DNA of 61,782 nt, the filler included, from Chiloscyllium plagiosum (Eukaryota), in assembly GCF_004010195.1 (NCBI RefSeq). It is 6 parts of one record of this genome, joined end to end, with 100 filler letters (N's around TTAATTAATTAA, not from the genome) between each part and the next. Parts side by side here need not be neighbours in the genome. Positions count along the whole stretch, not along the records: positions 11,240 to 27,074 come from NC_057716.1; 5 more parts are not named here. One strand, 5' to 3'. Below are positions 11,484 to 25,349 of this stretch, one piece after another (position 1 is the stretch's first letter; each line of letters starts with the position of its first letter). The position numbers and the translations under genes were made by a program. The notes under the pieces were generated by a model. That model was not told the origin of the DNA. It was given only the letters and a program-made list of their open reading frames with translations, and did no database searches.

Positions 11484-14400
11484 TGTCTGTGTCAGATTTG
11501 TCCTGCGCATGTGCGTAGGACATCAATCTCTATCTTTTCATAAATGGGAATAGTTTGCCCTATCTATATTGTCCTGGCTCATGTCTTTCTTTTATATCAA
11601 AGTTTTATCCCTCAACTTTCTCCTTCCTCAAGGAAAACAGGCTCAACTTCTCCACTCGATCTATTAAACTGAAGCTCCTGATCCCTTGGACGATTCTCAT
11701 TAATTTTTTTCTGTACTCTCTTTGATACCATGCCTTACCTTCAAAGGTGTGGTGTCTAGAACAGGATACAATACTCCAGGTAAGGCCAAAGTAGTGCTTA
11801 CACAGGTTTAACGTAACCTCTTTGCTCCATGTATAGTCAAGGTAATGTAGACTTCATTGACCAAGATGAACATTTTTTTTCAATAACAGGCATTGTGAAC
11901 GTTGCAATTCTCTACCACAGAGGACAGCCGAAGCTCAGTCTTCGAGTATGTTTAAGGTGGAGAGTGATAGATTTCTGATTATCAATGGCATAGAGGGTGG
12001 GCATTGAAATGTTCGATCAGCAATGATCATATTGAACTGTAGGTAAGGCTAGATGGCTGAATGGTCTTCTGTTCCTATGAAATAAAACAACCAGCAGGTA
12101 AATGGAAAACAAAGGGTGAGAGGCATTAAAGACGAGGGGATTGACTTGAAGTCGTAGAAGGTTCCTCAGATTCTAATTCCTCATTATCTGATCAACACTG
12201 CTCCAACTGAAATAACTACAGACAACTAATGTCCAGAAACAGCACAGTATTTATTCCAGGTACTGAGATTACAGATTAATAATTTCTCTGCATTGCAGAC
12301 TGATCTGAATGTTTATACACCTGTATTTACACATTTAAAATCTTTAATCTGTGACAGGTATTTACAAGATCGAGATCACATTCACATCTCTTACATTAAC
12401 AGTATAGTTCATTTTTAATTTAAAAAAAACTTTTTGTTCAAAGAATGACAGATTTACATGCATCGATTCAACCACCAACACCTGAATTCCCGCTAGATAG
12501 CACTTGCACTCCTGACCCCTCAGTTCAGGAACCTGTCCCTGAGCATCTGCCGGGAACACAGGAAACATTCAGGTCTGATTTAAATCTACAGGCTGTTAGG
12601 AGAGTGGGGGGTCTGGTGTGGGTCTGCTGCTCATCACTTCAACTAAAATGGGGGCATGAAGGAAGTCAGGCAACTTGTCAGCCCTCCCCCATGAAGTTAG
12701 CAGTTAGACACACGCTGCAGTCACGTCCACCTCTCTAATCTCACTGGACTCGCCCTTGAGCTTCAATTGAACATTCTTTGGGCAAAATAGATTGATTTCT
12801 GTTCACGAGCACCGAAACTGAGGACCACACACACACACACAACACGCGCACACACACCAGATTAAATTTCCACAGAGAACAAGACTCCACAGTTCTCCCT
12901 ACTTGTGTGGAGGGGGAAGGACGGAATGAGAGGTAGTTGGACACTGTTAAAATGGAAAACCATTCAGTTCACCTTCATTTCGCTGGATCAGACAGGAGCC
13001 AGAGGCTTCAGAATTCACTCAAACTACGTCTACGATAGTGAGATCACAGCTTGGTCACTTGTGAAATGGTTAGAACGAAGGACAACAGAACCATCTCTTT
13101 CAGGAATGTAAAATCAAATGTGCAAAAGGAAATCATTTGAATTTATACGCCAATATGCCTCTAGTTTAAAAAAAAACTGCAGCCTAATTTAATTTAATCT
13201 AAATTTAAAGGTCAAGCTTAAATTTCATCCCCGCCTGGCATGTTATTTGTGTTTCCCTGAATGTCAGTCTCCAAACTGGAAGGAGACCCCCGCGATTCAG
13301 GGGACGCTCTCTCCAACTGGCAGTGTACTGTGTGTGAAAGGTGAAGTCTCAAGTATCCCCAACATTCCCTTACAGAAAGGTTGCAGCACAGATCGTGAAG
13401 AAAGAAAGTAAGAGGAGAGACACAAAAAAGAGAGACCAGAAGGAAACACCAACTCCTGGCCCTTGGGACAAGAGCTACCTTGCTGTTGAGCTTAACATTG
13501 GATATTTCTGCGGGCAGAGGGATAGCAATAAATGCTATCGGCAGTAAAAAGTCAGGCACTAACAGCTCTCTGCAACTGGGTCTGAGGGTTTGCACAGTGT
13601 CCTGGACTTATATCTGACCCAGGTGTTCCCGCAGGGTGACTGCAGCCTTGTGGCCAGTGTGGAAAAATGGTATTTTCTGCACTGCCTTGCCTGTTCCAGC
13701 AGTGGGTCCAGGACCAGCTTCACAACTGCAGGAAATGCAAATTGGAGAGAATGCCAGTGCTCGGATCCCAGACCATTCCACTGCAGAAGCACAATGGGTT
13801 GGATTTGAGGGAATGCTTTCTGAAATAACGCTAGCACTAACTCTATTTATAATTGAAAAGGTGAAGGAATGATTTGTTTTATACACAGCGCTGCCCAGTC
13901 AGAGAACTAAAAACCCTCACCATAAGAGCACCACCAGAATCTCCGCAATAATCAGCTCTTCCGCCATGGTGAGGGACTTGAGTTATTGCAGCAGGGGCCA
14001 GCATTGATGTGAGCTGAACAAAGATAGACACTCACAGGCAGCTCCCTCATCAGCACACAGGCACCCTGGAGATGGTGTGCACACATATATCTCTGTGTGA
14101 AAACCATCTGTCTACCAGTAGGTGACAAGTCTGTACAGACACAAACACAAACTTGCATGCGTGCGCACACACACACAGACATGGATACACAAATACACCC
14201 TGGGCGAGGTCAGGAATGAGATTAGTAACCAGTGTTAAAAGAGAATGTAATGCTGAACTCTGAGCTTAACCCACAGTTGCATAATGTAGTCAAAATTATT
14301 ATGTAGGTTCACAGGCAACAGACGGCAACTAGAGAGTACCAACGGTCAGGGCGCCCGAGACCACCACACAACTATCTGACACATGGAAAAAAGGTCAGAA

Positions 14401-14914
14401 CAAAAAATAGAGACAGTATATAAATGGATGGACGTTCTCGTTGCTATTTTGAGGTCTGAAGGTATTCTCCCAGCTCTCCATGGACAATCCCCACTTAGCG
14501 AACCCCAGAACTGATGTTCAGATGGTCATTTATGAAGGTACACTTTTATAGGGTATCTGAGACCACAAAACGTGCCTTTCTCAACCAGTGGGAACAGTGT
14601 CCAATCCACCATGTTACACACACCTGATCTGGAGGCCATTCTGAATATCTACCTTTTAGAGATTGCCACGCATTTGACGATTTTAAGTTAGTCATGTATC
14701 TTTGTTGTAAACATAGATAACTACCCCAATCCAAAATCTATAATACACAAGACAAGCAGACAGCTTAGCAAACAGTGAGGGCTTTTCCCCTCAAAGGAGA
14801 AGGGGATTTGCACAGAGTGAATCAGACATCACTCTGATATACATCTCCTGCTCTGACAGTACCCTGATGGATAAGCCACGCTCCTTGATTTGCTCCAATT
14901 GCTTCATAAACACT

Positions 14915-15116
14915 CACAGTGTTTCTCCAGAGAGGCTCGCTGAGTTTCAATGCTCCTTTAGAGACGCTCCCTACGTTTCCAGTGCTTCTTTAGAAATGCT
15001 CCCTGCTCAGTTTATCAGTGCTTCCCTTTCGGGACTCTCCCTGCTGTGTTGTGCAGCGCTCTTTTAGAGACACTACCTGCTCCGTTTATCAGTGCCCCCT
15101 GAGAGACGCTCCCTGC
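14915..15116. repeat. Degenerate ~33-35 bp tandem repeat
   Basis: Recurring AGTGCT(N)TTTAGAGACGCTCCCTGCT-like unit, about 5-6 copies. Confidence 0.6.
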
Positions 15117-16023
15117 TTGTGGCAATATTATCTTTCTTTGGTGAGGACGGGGTGGGGGAAAGAAAGGGGACGGGACGGAGGGGAGGTACTTTTCCTACTT
15201 TAACGAATGCATTCCGTAGCTGTGGGCGGAAGAATGTTTGAAGGCAGCAAAATATATGTTCTGAAGAAAGGAGGTCAGGGTCAGGCTGGAAGGGGAGACA
15301 GACTACGAGAGAACAGGGAAGGAGATAAATCAGGGTCAGGCAAGCGAGGGACGAATGGGGGGGGAAGTGGCAAGATCAGGGTTAGACTGGGAATGTCAAA
15401 GGATCGCCTGCAGAAGAGAGATCTGATCGAACCAGATCAGTTCCAACCAAACCTCCTCAATCAGGAAGGACCATTATCAAAAAAGAGATTGCACATCACC
15501 CGGGGTGGGGGAAGGGGGGAAAGNNNNNNNNNNNNNNNNNNNNNNNNNNNNNNNNNNNNNNNNNNNNNNNNNNNNNNNNNNNNNNNNNNNNNNNNNNNNN
15601 NNNNNNNNNNNNNNNNNNNNNNNNNNNNNNNNNNNNNNNNNNNNNNNNNNNNNNNNNNNNNNNNNNNNNNNNNNNNNNNNNNNNNNNNNNNNNNNNNNNN
15701 NNNNNNNNNNNNNNNNNNNNNNNNNNNNNNNNNNNNNNNNNNNNNNNNNNNNNNNNNNNNNNNNNNNNNNNNNNNNNNNNNNNNNNNNNNNNNNNNNNNN
15801 NNNNNNNNNNNNNNNNNNNNNNNNNNNNNNNNNNNNNNNNNNNNNNNNNNNNNNNNNNNNNNNNNNNNNNNNNNNNNNNNNNNNNNNNNNNNNNNNNNNN
15901 NNNNNNNNNNNNNNNNNNNNNNNNNNNNNNNNNNNNNNNNNNNNNNNNNNNNNNNNNNNNNNNNNNNNNNNNNNNNNNNNNNNNNNNNNNNNNNNNNNNN
16001 NNNNNNNNNNNNNNNNNNNNNNN

Positions 16024-16146
16024 GCGCGCGCGCACACACACTATTGGGCTCAGCGCACATACACACACACACACAAATTGGGCTCAGCGCGCGCACACAA
16101 TTGGGCTCAGCGCGCGCGCACACACACACACACACAATTGGGCTCA

Positions 16147-16182
<36 letters not shown>

Positions 16183-16365
16183 TAGGCTCAGCGCACGCGC
16201 GCACACACAATTGGGCTCAGCACACCCACAATTGGCTTCAGCACACCCACAATTGGGCTCAGCACACCCACAATTGGGCTCAGCACACCCACAATTGGGC
16301 TCAGCATATAGACAGACACACACACAATTGAGCTCAGCACACAGACACACACACAATTGAGCTCA

Positions 16366-16400
<35 letters not shown>

Positions 16401-16570
16401 CTCAGTACACACACACACACACGAGCTCAGTACACAGACACACAGAACTGAGGTCAATATACAGACACACACACACTCCACTTACCCCAACAGTCAGACG
16501 CACACAATTGAGCCCAATAAACTCAGACACACAACAATGACCCCAACACTCAGAGACACAACAATGACCT
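16024..16570. repeat. Minisatellite CACAATTGGGCTCAG interspersed with (CA)n
   Basis: Directly visible; units decay toward 16570; abuts the 500-N gap. Confidence 0.9.
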
Positions 16571-18184
16571 CATTGCTGATACACACACAGACCGCATAAT
16601 GTTAGAGGACCAGTTGTCAATGGTGGAAGGTGACGGGGTCCAAAGGTGGGTGTGGCAGGAGTGAAATTAGGGAACATTATTTCATGACAGACAACAGAAT
16701 CCCTGTCTCCTGACATGGGGCAAATCAGATGGTCAACTGAACTTTTTAAAATCAAGGTGGCTAAATTTTTAATTAGATCAGGGTGTCAAGGGATATGGAA
16801 TTAAGACAAATAAATTGACTTTAGATACAGATTAGCTATGATATAACTGAATGTTGGGAAAGACACTAATGGTAGAACGGCCTCCTATTTCTTTGTTTCA
16901 TCATCAAGTTTAAAGTAGTGACTAGATCTAGAACTTGCATTTATATCGCACCTTCATGTCATGAAATATCTCAAGGGCAAAAAAGTGTTAAACACAATTT
17001 GACATTAAGCCAAATTGGTGGAGAATGTTTGTTTTAAAGTGCACGGTAAAAGGAGAGGAACGAGGTATTAAAAAAAAACTGTTTCACGAGTTGTGGTGTT
17101 ATTGAGCTGCCTCGATGAACTGCTGCGATCCATGTGCTGTAGATAGACCTACAATGCTGTTTGGGGGGAAATTCCAAGATTGTGACCCAGTGACACTAAA
17201 AGGAACAGCAATACGAGGATGGTGAATGGCTTAGAGAAGAACCTATAGGGGTGACCTTCCTATGTGTCTACTGCCCTTGTTGGTGGTAGAGCTCACTAGA
17301 TTGGAAGTTGCTGTCAAAGGATCCTCAGCAAGATGCTGCAGTGCAGCTCGAGTCTGGTTCACACCACCTCCACTCTACATTGGTGGTGGAAGGACTGAAT
17401 ATTTATGGAAGGGATTTGCAGAACGGAAGGCCTAAGCAGTTCAAGTTGTCAATGGTGAAGCAGTGGGGACATAGAAGAGGGAGAACATCACATGTGGATT
17501 ACAATGGGCTCCTCACTGGGGAGGTTGAACTTGCTCCTCAACGGTCTGTTTGCTTGGGGATAGGCAGACCCTACACACTGGATGACAAGTGTTCAATGGG
17601 CAGTGTTAATTCAGATTTGGGGAAACCTCCACCACAGATAGCCCTGGGATGTCATAGATTGTGACTGATCAAGAACAATCATCAACAGAAGCACTTGCAA
17701 TTCAGTCATGCAACGAGTGAGGCTTTCCTAAGATCTTTTAATGTTCTGTAGAGAACAAAAATCTGCCAGCCTGGTCTGTTCATGCCTACATGTGATTCCA
17801 AACATGCAGAAACAAGGTTGACTCTTAACTGTCCTCTGAATTGGTCTAGAGAACCATCAGTTCAATGGCATAGTTAATAAAGGCCAGCTTTGACAGCAAC
17901 ACTCACATTTCATGTAAGAATGAAGAACATCTAAACCTATGGTCGAGTTGATTAATTTATGAATGAATAAATGCTCAAGCGGATAGATAAATAAGACAGA
18001 GCTGATATAGGCAAGTGAACAGGCTCAGAAATGTCAAGTGTTATTCCATAGGGAGGAGGAGTGTTTTGTACTCATGGGTCAAGGAAACTCAAGACATAAC
18101 CCGTTCCAGGTCACTAAGCTGAAAGGGGACCGGGGGCACAGTTTGAGAATGAATTACAGGATAAATGCTAGAAGCAACAATACA

Positions 18185-18570
18185 TTGGAGTCAGAAGGCC
18201 ACAGATTCAAAGTCCACTTCAGCCCACAAACAAGGCTGACACTTCTGTGGAGAAATGAGGGAGTGCTGCATTGTCAGATCAGATGAGACTTTAAAGCAAG
18301 GCTCCTTTCGCCCCTTAGTGGCGTAAAAACATTTCCTGGCACTATTTTGGAAAAGAGAAGTTGTCGTTGATGTCGTAGCCAATTTTCTTCTCCTTAGCCA
18401 ACATCACTAAAACAGATTACCTTGTCATTATCATATTGCTATTTGCAGGAGTTGGCTGCGTGCATATTGGCTGCACATTTCCCAATATTACAACAGTGAT
18501 CACTTTTAACAAGTGCTTTGTGATCTCCTGAGGTTATGATAGGTGCTATATAAATACAAATCTGTTCTTA
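18185..18570 (+). mobile_element. SacSINE1-like Deu-domain SINE
   Basis: GAGTCAGAAGG head, GAGGGAGTGCTGCATTGTCAG, CAACATCACTAAAACAGATTA core, AGGTGCTATATAAATACAA tail. Related copies near 48380-49150, 49790-49990, 55620-55960 and 57900-58130. Confidence 0.7.
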
Positions 18571-20109
18571 TTTTGTAAGGTAAATTTAAAGCCTTTCATG
18601 TGATAATCAAGTAAATGTTTTCTGGACGTCCAAGGGAAGTAAAAATGGAGTCCAGTGGTTCAACGTTTTCGGTGTGGATGCATTGAAAATAATTATTTCC
18701 AATTGAAATTGGAGGGAGATTTAAAATAAAACACTTCTGAAAGGTTTTGCTTGCATTAAAAAGTTAGTCCGTGTAATAGCAGTCAAGTCCAAAAGAAGAA
18801 CATTTCTTCTCTAGCTCAGGTTGATGCGGTGGTGCAGAATAATCTCAATTTGATGCAAGTACTTAGCTTTAGACCAAACTTTAGCTGTCTCTAGGAGGTC
18901 TATAACACAATGAATATTCAGAAGGATATCAACATCTCATTAAACACACACTGCAACATCGAAAAGATGGAGCAAAGCACACAGCCAGAATAAAGCAATC
19001 CCTCTCAGTGGTTCTATACTCTGTCCATGCATTCAGTCTAAAAGCAGTACATAGCATAGCAAAGAGAAGTACACACATATAGGCATGCAGCAAGGCATTC
19101 CAAATCAAATTAAGGAAACTGCAGCCTCCATGTTCAGCAACAGCAGAATACTGATTCAAAGTATGGTAGGCTGAGAGCTTTTGCAAACACTCCTTGTTCC
19201 ATATCCTGACAGAGAACGGAAATGTAACATTTACCTCTAAACCTGTTACCACTCTTATTAAATAAGGAGAAAAGTCATTAACTCTCATAAAACCAAGGTT
19301 TTAAAATTAATTATATTCCACCCAAAGCATCTGTAGCAAAGAAATTCTCAGATGTGCGCTGCAGTTTCAGTCAGAGCAGCAAAGGGGGAAGTGGTCAGGT
19401 TGACACCAGAGTACCCGTCCCACCATAGACCCCATGATGCACTCTCCAATCACTCACCCCCACGCTATACTGTCCCAACACTCACCCTTCTCCCAATCAC
19501 TGGTTGTCACACGGCTCCCCACAACCAACATTTCTTCATCTCGCTTGATCGCTGTCACCTACATCTAAATTATTGAGTTTGAACCCACAATGCACAATAA
19601 AGGTTTAACATTCAGCTCCTGCTGATTTCAGGAGCTCAACCATGGCCTCAGTGGGTGTTCGAGAGAGAGCGACAGAATCAGCTGGGGTTGCAGCTCCTGA
19701 TCATGGCCCAGTGACTCCTGCAGGCTGGTGTGGCTATCATTCGCTCAGAGAGTCCAGGCTCTGAAACACCCAGCTGAATTTTTCATCAATACTCACTGTG
19801 TGGGCTGATCCCATCCTGGGGGAGGACTGAATGGCCAATGAGTCTGGAACTGTACCCACCATGACGACGTTAGAAGGGTGGGTGTAGGACACAGTGGGCA
19901 GAGTGGAAGAGAGAGGGGGGGGGAAATGAAGATTAGGATAGGATAGTTTAGGATTATGGACAGATCAAATCACTGACTTCACTCAGCATCTCACACAATC
20001 TTATAAAAACCAGATGTTCTTGGTGACATTGCGTTGTGTTCCTCATTGTTAATGACAAGACAACAGCAGCAATACTGGTACAACAATGGAAAGAACTATG
20101 CCAACAATC

Positions 20110-20341
20110 GGGAAGAGAAAGTGAGGACTGCAGATGCTGAAGATCAGAGTCGACTGTGTTGCTGGAAAAGCACAGCAGGTCAGGCAGCATCTGAGAAGCA
20201 GGAGAATCGACGTTTCGGGCCAGAGCCCTTCATCAAGAAAGCTCTTCATCATTCCTGATGAAGGGCTCTGGCCTGAAACGCCGATTCTCCTGCTCCTCGG
20301 ATGCTGCCTGACCTGCTGTGCTTTTCCAGCAACACACTCTC
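20110..20341. mobile_element. Fold-back PLE-terminus mini-element
   Basis: Two head-to-head copies of the PLE end; hammerhead-like TGATGAAGGGCTCTGGCC(C/T)GAAAC on each strand; flanked by AACTATGCCAACAATC (20094-20109) and AACTATGTCTGCAATC (20342-20357). Confidence 0.75.
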
Positions 20342-20736
20342 AACTATGTCTGCAATCCACAGACTCCCCAGAAATGGACTGGCAGGATTGCTGAGATGCA
20401 GGACAAGGAGAAGCATGCAGTCAGTCAGTCAGCAAGAGCAACCTGATCGGAGAGCCTTCAAACCAGAGTGTTGGACCGTCCCTTCACCATGCTAGTTCAT
20501 CCCAGCAGCTGAGTGCAAAGAAAGGGAACTAGGCCAGCACAGCACAGCACGAGAATGATATGACCTGCTGTTCACAATGGCTGGGTAAGAGGCAATGCAT
20601 TAGCACAGCCCAGGGTAGTGGGGTCAGCCACTGGGAAGGTTTGCAGCCGTGCTGGATGGAGGAGGGAGGGAAACAAATAGTCACAGACTGTCTTCCAACA
20701 TCCTCACTGATCTCTCCCTCCTCATCTCAGGCCTAC

Positions 20737-20886
20737 CCGTTATCACTGTCGTGGGGTCCGTGGCAAGCCAGGAGGATACTCGCGTGCCCTCCCCATTCCA
20801 CTCACGCTCTCCAGCCAATCCAGATGAGTCACGGATTAGGGAGGTGGGGCAGCTTGACTCAACATCAACCGTGAGGTCTATACAAT
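20737..20886 (-). CDS. Probable further (cassette-type) exon of the hyccin-2-like gene
   Basis: Acceptor TCCCAG|AT, phase 1 compatible with the previous exon, reads DCIDLTVDVESSCPTSLIRD...TVIT and resembles the DCFDFS-starting alternative exon I recall in FAM126B; candidate donor G|GTAGGC; 150 nt, frame-preserving. Confidence 0.5.
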
Positions 20887-21160
20887 CTGGGATTCAACAC
20901 AAAACATTTAGTGCGTTCCCCCATCCGGAGAGGGGAGGAGTGGGGAAAGGAGTGTGAACGTTACACAGGACAGGGGTGGAGAGAGACAACAGACCAGACA
21001 GCAATGAGGAAAGACAAAAGAGCTCAGAACAACGGCAATGCTGGCACCAGACACAGCCACAGATCCCGAGAGCTGCCTTGCTCAGGTGGAGGAGCGCCTG
21101 TGCTACTTGGGAGGCTTTGCTTACAAATTGAGAGAAAGTGGAATCTGGCATTTTATTTCA

Positions 21161-21481
<321 letters not shown>

Positions 21482-21553
21482 TTAACAAAGAAGCACAGTT
21501 CATTCACACCACACATACTTGTACATGTTTAAATTGGGATTAGCATTAGTTCA

Positions 21554-21691
21554 GGAGAATTGACGTTTCGGGCATATGCCCGAAACGTCGATTCTCCTGT
21601 TCCCTGGATGCTGCCTGACCTGCTGCGCTTTTCCAGCAACACATCTCCGGCTCTGATCTCCAGCATCTGCAGACCTCACTTTCTCCTCAAA
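21554..21691. mobile_element. Fold-back PLE-terminus mini-element with perfect 16-bp flanking duplication
   Basis: GATTAGCATTAGTTCA at 21538-21553 and 21692-21707; 48-bp near-perfect palindrome at 21552-21599 centred on GGGCATATGCCC. Confidence 0.85.
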
Positions 21692-21854
21692 GATTAGCAT
21701 TAGTTCAACCAGACAGCTCTGTAGCAGGTGAAAAAGACTTGCATTTCTGCAGCACCTTCATGACCTCAGTTCCGATGAATGATGAGCAAGGAAGTACTGC
21801 AATTCTACAGCACCCATTTCAGGGCTGTGCTGTCAGTATAACTAGTGGGTTTCA

Positions 21855-22031
<177 letters not shown>

Positions 22032-22464
22032 TCAATCCCCTCCCCACACTTTCTTGCCCTCCATTAAATCACACCACCCAATTGACACCACACGTACTCC
22101 CACCAGCAGAGGAAGGATTGACAGATGCTGTGGAGGTTGAGCGAGGTCTGGTTGGGGGTTGAACGTGCCTCCCTTTTTCAGCAAGCACTGAAGGACATCT
22201 TTGAAAAAAACGGGACAAAAACCAGGACGCCAACTTAAAGGCGAATACCACAAGAACCAAAGGTAGCAAGAGGTAATGTTCGTCACAGAGCCAGTGGTTA
22301 GGATTGGGAATCCACTCGGAGTGTGACAGAATTAATCTCGATTTTCAACTATTATCCATAATTGGATAATTAGTTGAAGACAGAAATATTTGCAGGGTTA
22401 GTGGGATGAGGCTAGCTGCTCTTGCAAGGATTCATGAAGGTACCTCGGGCGTCTCTGACAGGCC

Positions 22465-22605
22465 CAAGTGAAGACCAAGCACAAACAGCGGAAGGAGTGG
22501 GTGAAAACTGAAGCCTGCCACCCAGCCATCTCCTCAAACATCACCTGTCCCACCTATGGCAAGAGGTGCAGATCCTGCTATTTAATCACCTCAGGGCCCA
22601 CAAAC
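22465..22605 (+). mobile_element. RTE-like LINE 3' remnant
   Basis: KRKE-like basic stretch followed by TCPTYGKRCRS...NHLRAH, a decayed terminal zinc finger. Confidence 0.5.
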
Positions 22606-22844
22606 TCCAGCATGGAAATAAAGTCAACCTTGGTCTCCAGGGACTTTGAGAGATTTTGTGCTGCAACCATTCCCTCCAGAGACTTTAGTGATGCATTTGA
22701 GATGAGGATGAAACTGGGCATGTCGGACTGGCTGAGACCTGTGACTGAGGGAAACGAAAGGCAGTGTGGTGCCATTCAGCATAAGGGGCATAGTTACTGG
22801 GAATTTCAGTGAAAGTCTCATGGGGTCAAGCCACCTTGACACTC

Positions 22845-23250
22845 CATGTAACTCCAGTGGAGTTTAGAAGAGTAAATGGTTACTTGATTAAAACATATAG
22901 TCCTCAGGAGGCTTGACAGGATGGACATGGCGAGAATGTTTCCTTATATGGGAGAATCTAGAACTAGAGATCTGGTTTAAAAATCAGGAGTTGCTCATTT
23001 AAAAGAGATTAGGTGAAAATGTTTTCATAGAGGGTCATGAGTCTTTGGAACCTTCTTCCTGAAAAGGCAGTGGAAGTAGAGTCCTTGAATATTTTTAAGA
23101 CAGAAGTAGATAGATTCTCGTTAAGCGAGGGGATGAAAGGTTAACCAAGGGGTAGGCAGGTAAATGAATCTGAAGTTACAATCAGATCAGGCATGATCTC
23201 ATAGAATGGTGAAGCAGGCCTGAGGGGGTGAATGGCCTACTCTGTTTTGT
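22845..23250 (+). mobile_element. Old CR1 3' fragment
   Basis: GGAGAATCTAGAACTAG, CTTTGGAAC and GAATGGCCTACTC motifs shared with other CR1 tails in the window. Confidence 0.65.
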
Positions 23251-23407
23251 TCACAACATGAAAACTGGCCCATAACAATGGCAACATTTAACAGTCAACA
23301 CAGAGAAAGTACTTTTACCAGTGGATTTACTGATGGTAATGGCAGCGATGACTAGCTGACACACAGTATCTGACAAAACCATGCACACCCCTCACCTTCC
23401 ATACTTA

Positions 23408-23590
<183 letters not shown>

Positions 23591-23889
23591 TCAGCTGTGG
23601 CTACGAAACACTAAACTTTTAACCCATGATTGAAATCATAGTTCAGGAAAGATTTGTATTAAGGGTCCCTAAGGTTTATAAAGTGAGTGGCTTAGCTCAG
23701 TGGAATACAGGTCCAGAACAACACTGGTTGCAATGGTGATTAAGCTGAAGATTGGGACCGGTTACAAGCAATTGGGATTCCACACTAGTAGCACTCTCAA
23801 TGAATCTCACAACTTCAGAGTAAACAGAGGCCAGTCCCCTATTATTCTTGAGTCCTCTCAGAGACCTTTTTTGGTTGATTGGTTAGGTC

Positions 23890-25105
23890 AACATTGACTG
23901 CCCATCACTTATAACCTTGGAGAAGGTTATTATGAGCTATTTTCTTAAACTGCTGAAATTCTTAGGGTTTAGGGCCCCACACAATACTGTTAGGAAAGGA
24001 GTTCCAGGATTTTGACACAGCAATAGTGAAGGAATGGTGAGATATTTAATAGGCAGGAAGGCATGAGACTTAGAGAGGAACTTGCACGCAACTGCTGCTG
24101 TGCTCTTCTAGAGGACAGAGCTCTAGAGTTTGGAAGGTGCTGTCAAAGGAACATGGATGAATTGTTGCAGTGCATCTTGTAGACATTGTAGATTGCTGGC
24201 ACCATGTGTGGGTGGTGAATGGGATTCGAATCAATTGAGCTGCTTTGTCACGCGTGGTTTTATTATTCAGTCATAGGACATCAATGTTGTTGGCCAGGCC
24301 AGTATTTACTGACTATCCCTAATTGTCCAGAGGGATGTTGCTGTGGGCCTGGAGTCATAGGTAGTCCAGGCTAGGTAAGGATTGAAGACTTCCTTCCCTA
24401 AAAGGACATCAGTGCATCAAATGGTTTTTTTCCAACAATGAGATTTTTATTGAATTCAAATTCCACCTTGGTGAGTTTTGAGCCTGGGACCCCAGGACAT
24501 TTCCCGGATCTCTGAGTTAACAGTCTAGCGATAACTCCACTAAGATATTGCCTCATCATTCATCTTGCGTGTTGTTGCTGCACTCATTGAAGCAAGTTGG
24601 GAGTATTCCATAACACTCCTGACTTGTGCTTTATAGAAAGTGGATAGACTTTGAGGAATCAGGGAATGAGTGACCTGTCACAGAATTCCCAGCCTTTGGC
24701 TGGTTCTTGTTGCCACAGTATTTGTTTGGTTGCTTCAGTTCAGGTTCTGGTCATTGCTAAACCCCATGATATTGGTCGTTGGAGATTGAATAATGGTAAT
24801 ATCATTAAGCATCAAGGGGAGATGGCTGGATTGTCTCACTGGAAAGGGGCAGTGCCTGGCACTTGCCACTTATCAGCCCAAATCTGAATATTGTCCATGT
24901 CTTGCTGCTTTTGGACATGGACTTCTTCAATACCTGAAGAATCACAATTGGTGCTGAACGTTGTGCAATCATCAGCAAACAGCTCCAACTCTGACCTTGT
25001 GGAGTGAATGTCATTGATGAAGCAGCTGAAGATAGTTGGAGCCTAGGACACATTCTTGAGGAATTCAGATGTGCCCTGGAGCTGCGATGGTTGACTCCCA
25101 TCTCT
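23890..25105 (-). mobile_element. Old CR1/L2-group LINE remnant with nested repeat
   Basis: Reverse complement of motifs seen at 41530-43310 (GSVLGPTIFSCFINDL region near 25000-25060; VRSVMEYS region near 24600). Confidence 0.6.
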
Positions 25106-25349
25106 GTGCGTTTGTGAATGTATCTACACTACACTGACTGCAATAGTTAAAGAAGGCAGCTCACCACCACTTTATCCAGGACAAAAAGGGATGGGCATCA
25201 TCCCAGCCAGTTACACCTACAGCCCTCAAATAGAATAGAAGAATGTGTATGACTCCAATCAGTACAGTATTTGGTCCCCAGTTTCCACAGACTCCAGTTT
25301 TGCTTGGGCTCCTCAATGCCATCTTGAAGTCAACTTCTAGTTCTTCGGG

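Noticed and set aside
14246..14749. Possible solo LTR (TGTAATG...ACA, TATA near 14417)
   Set aside because: Flanks match only 3 of 4 (AGAA/AGAC), and there is no second copy or PBS in the window.
15207..16331. Long ORFs across N runs (also 27740-28796)
   Set aside because: Their length comes from Ns and simple repeats.
16024..16570. Repeat-spacer look of CACAATTGGGCTCAG units (CRISPR-like)
   Set aside because: Spacers are just (CA)n, there are no cas genes, and the context is vertebrate.
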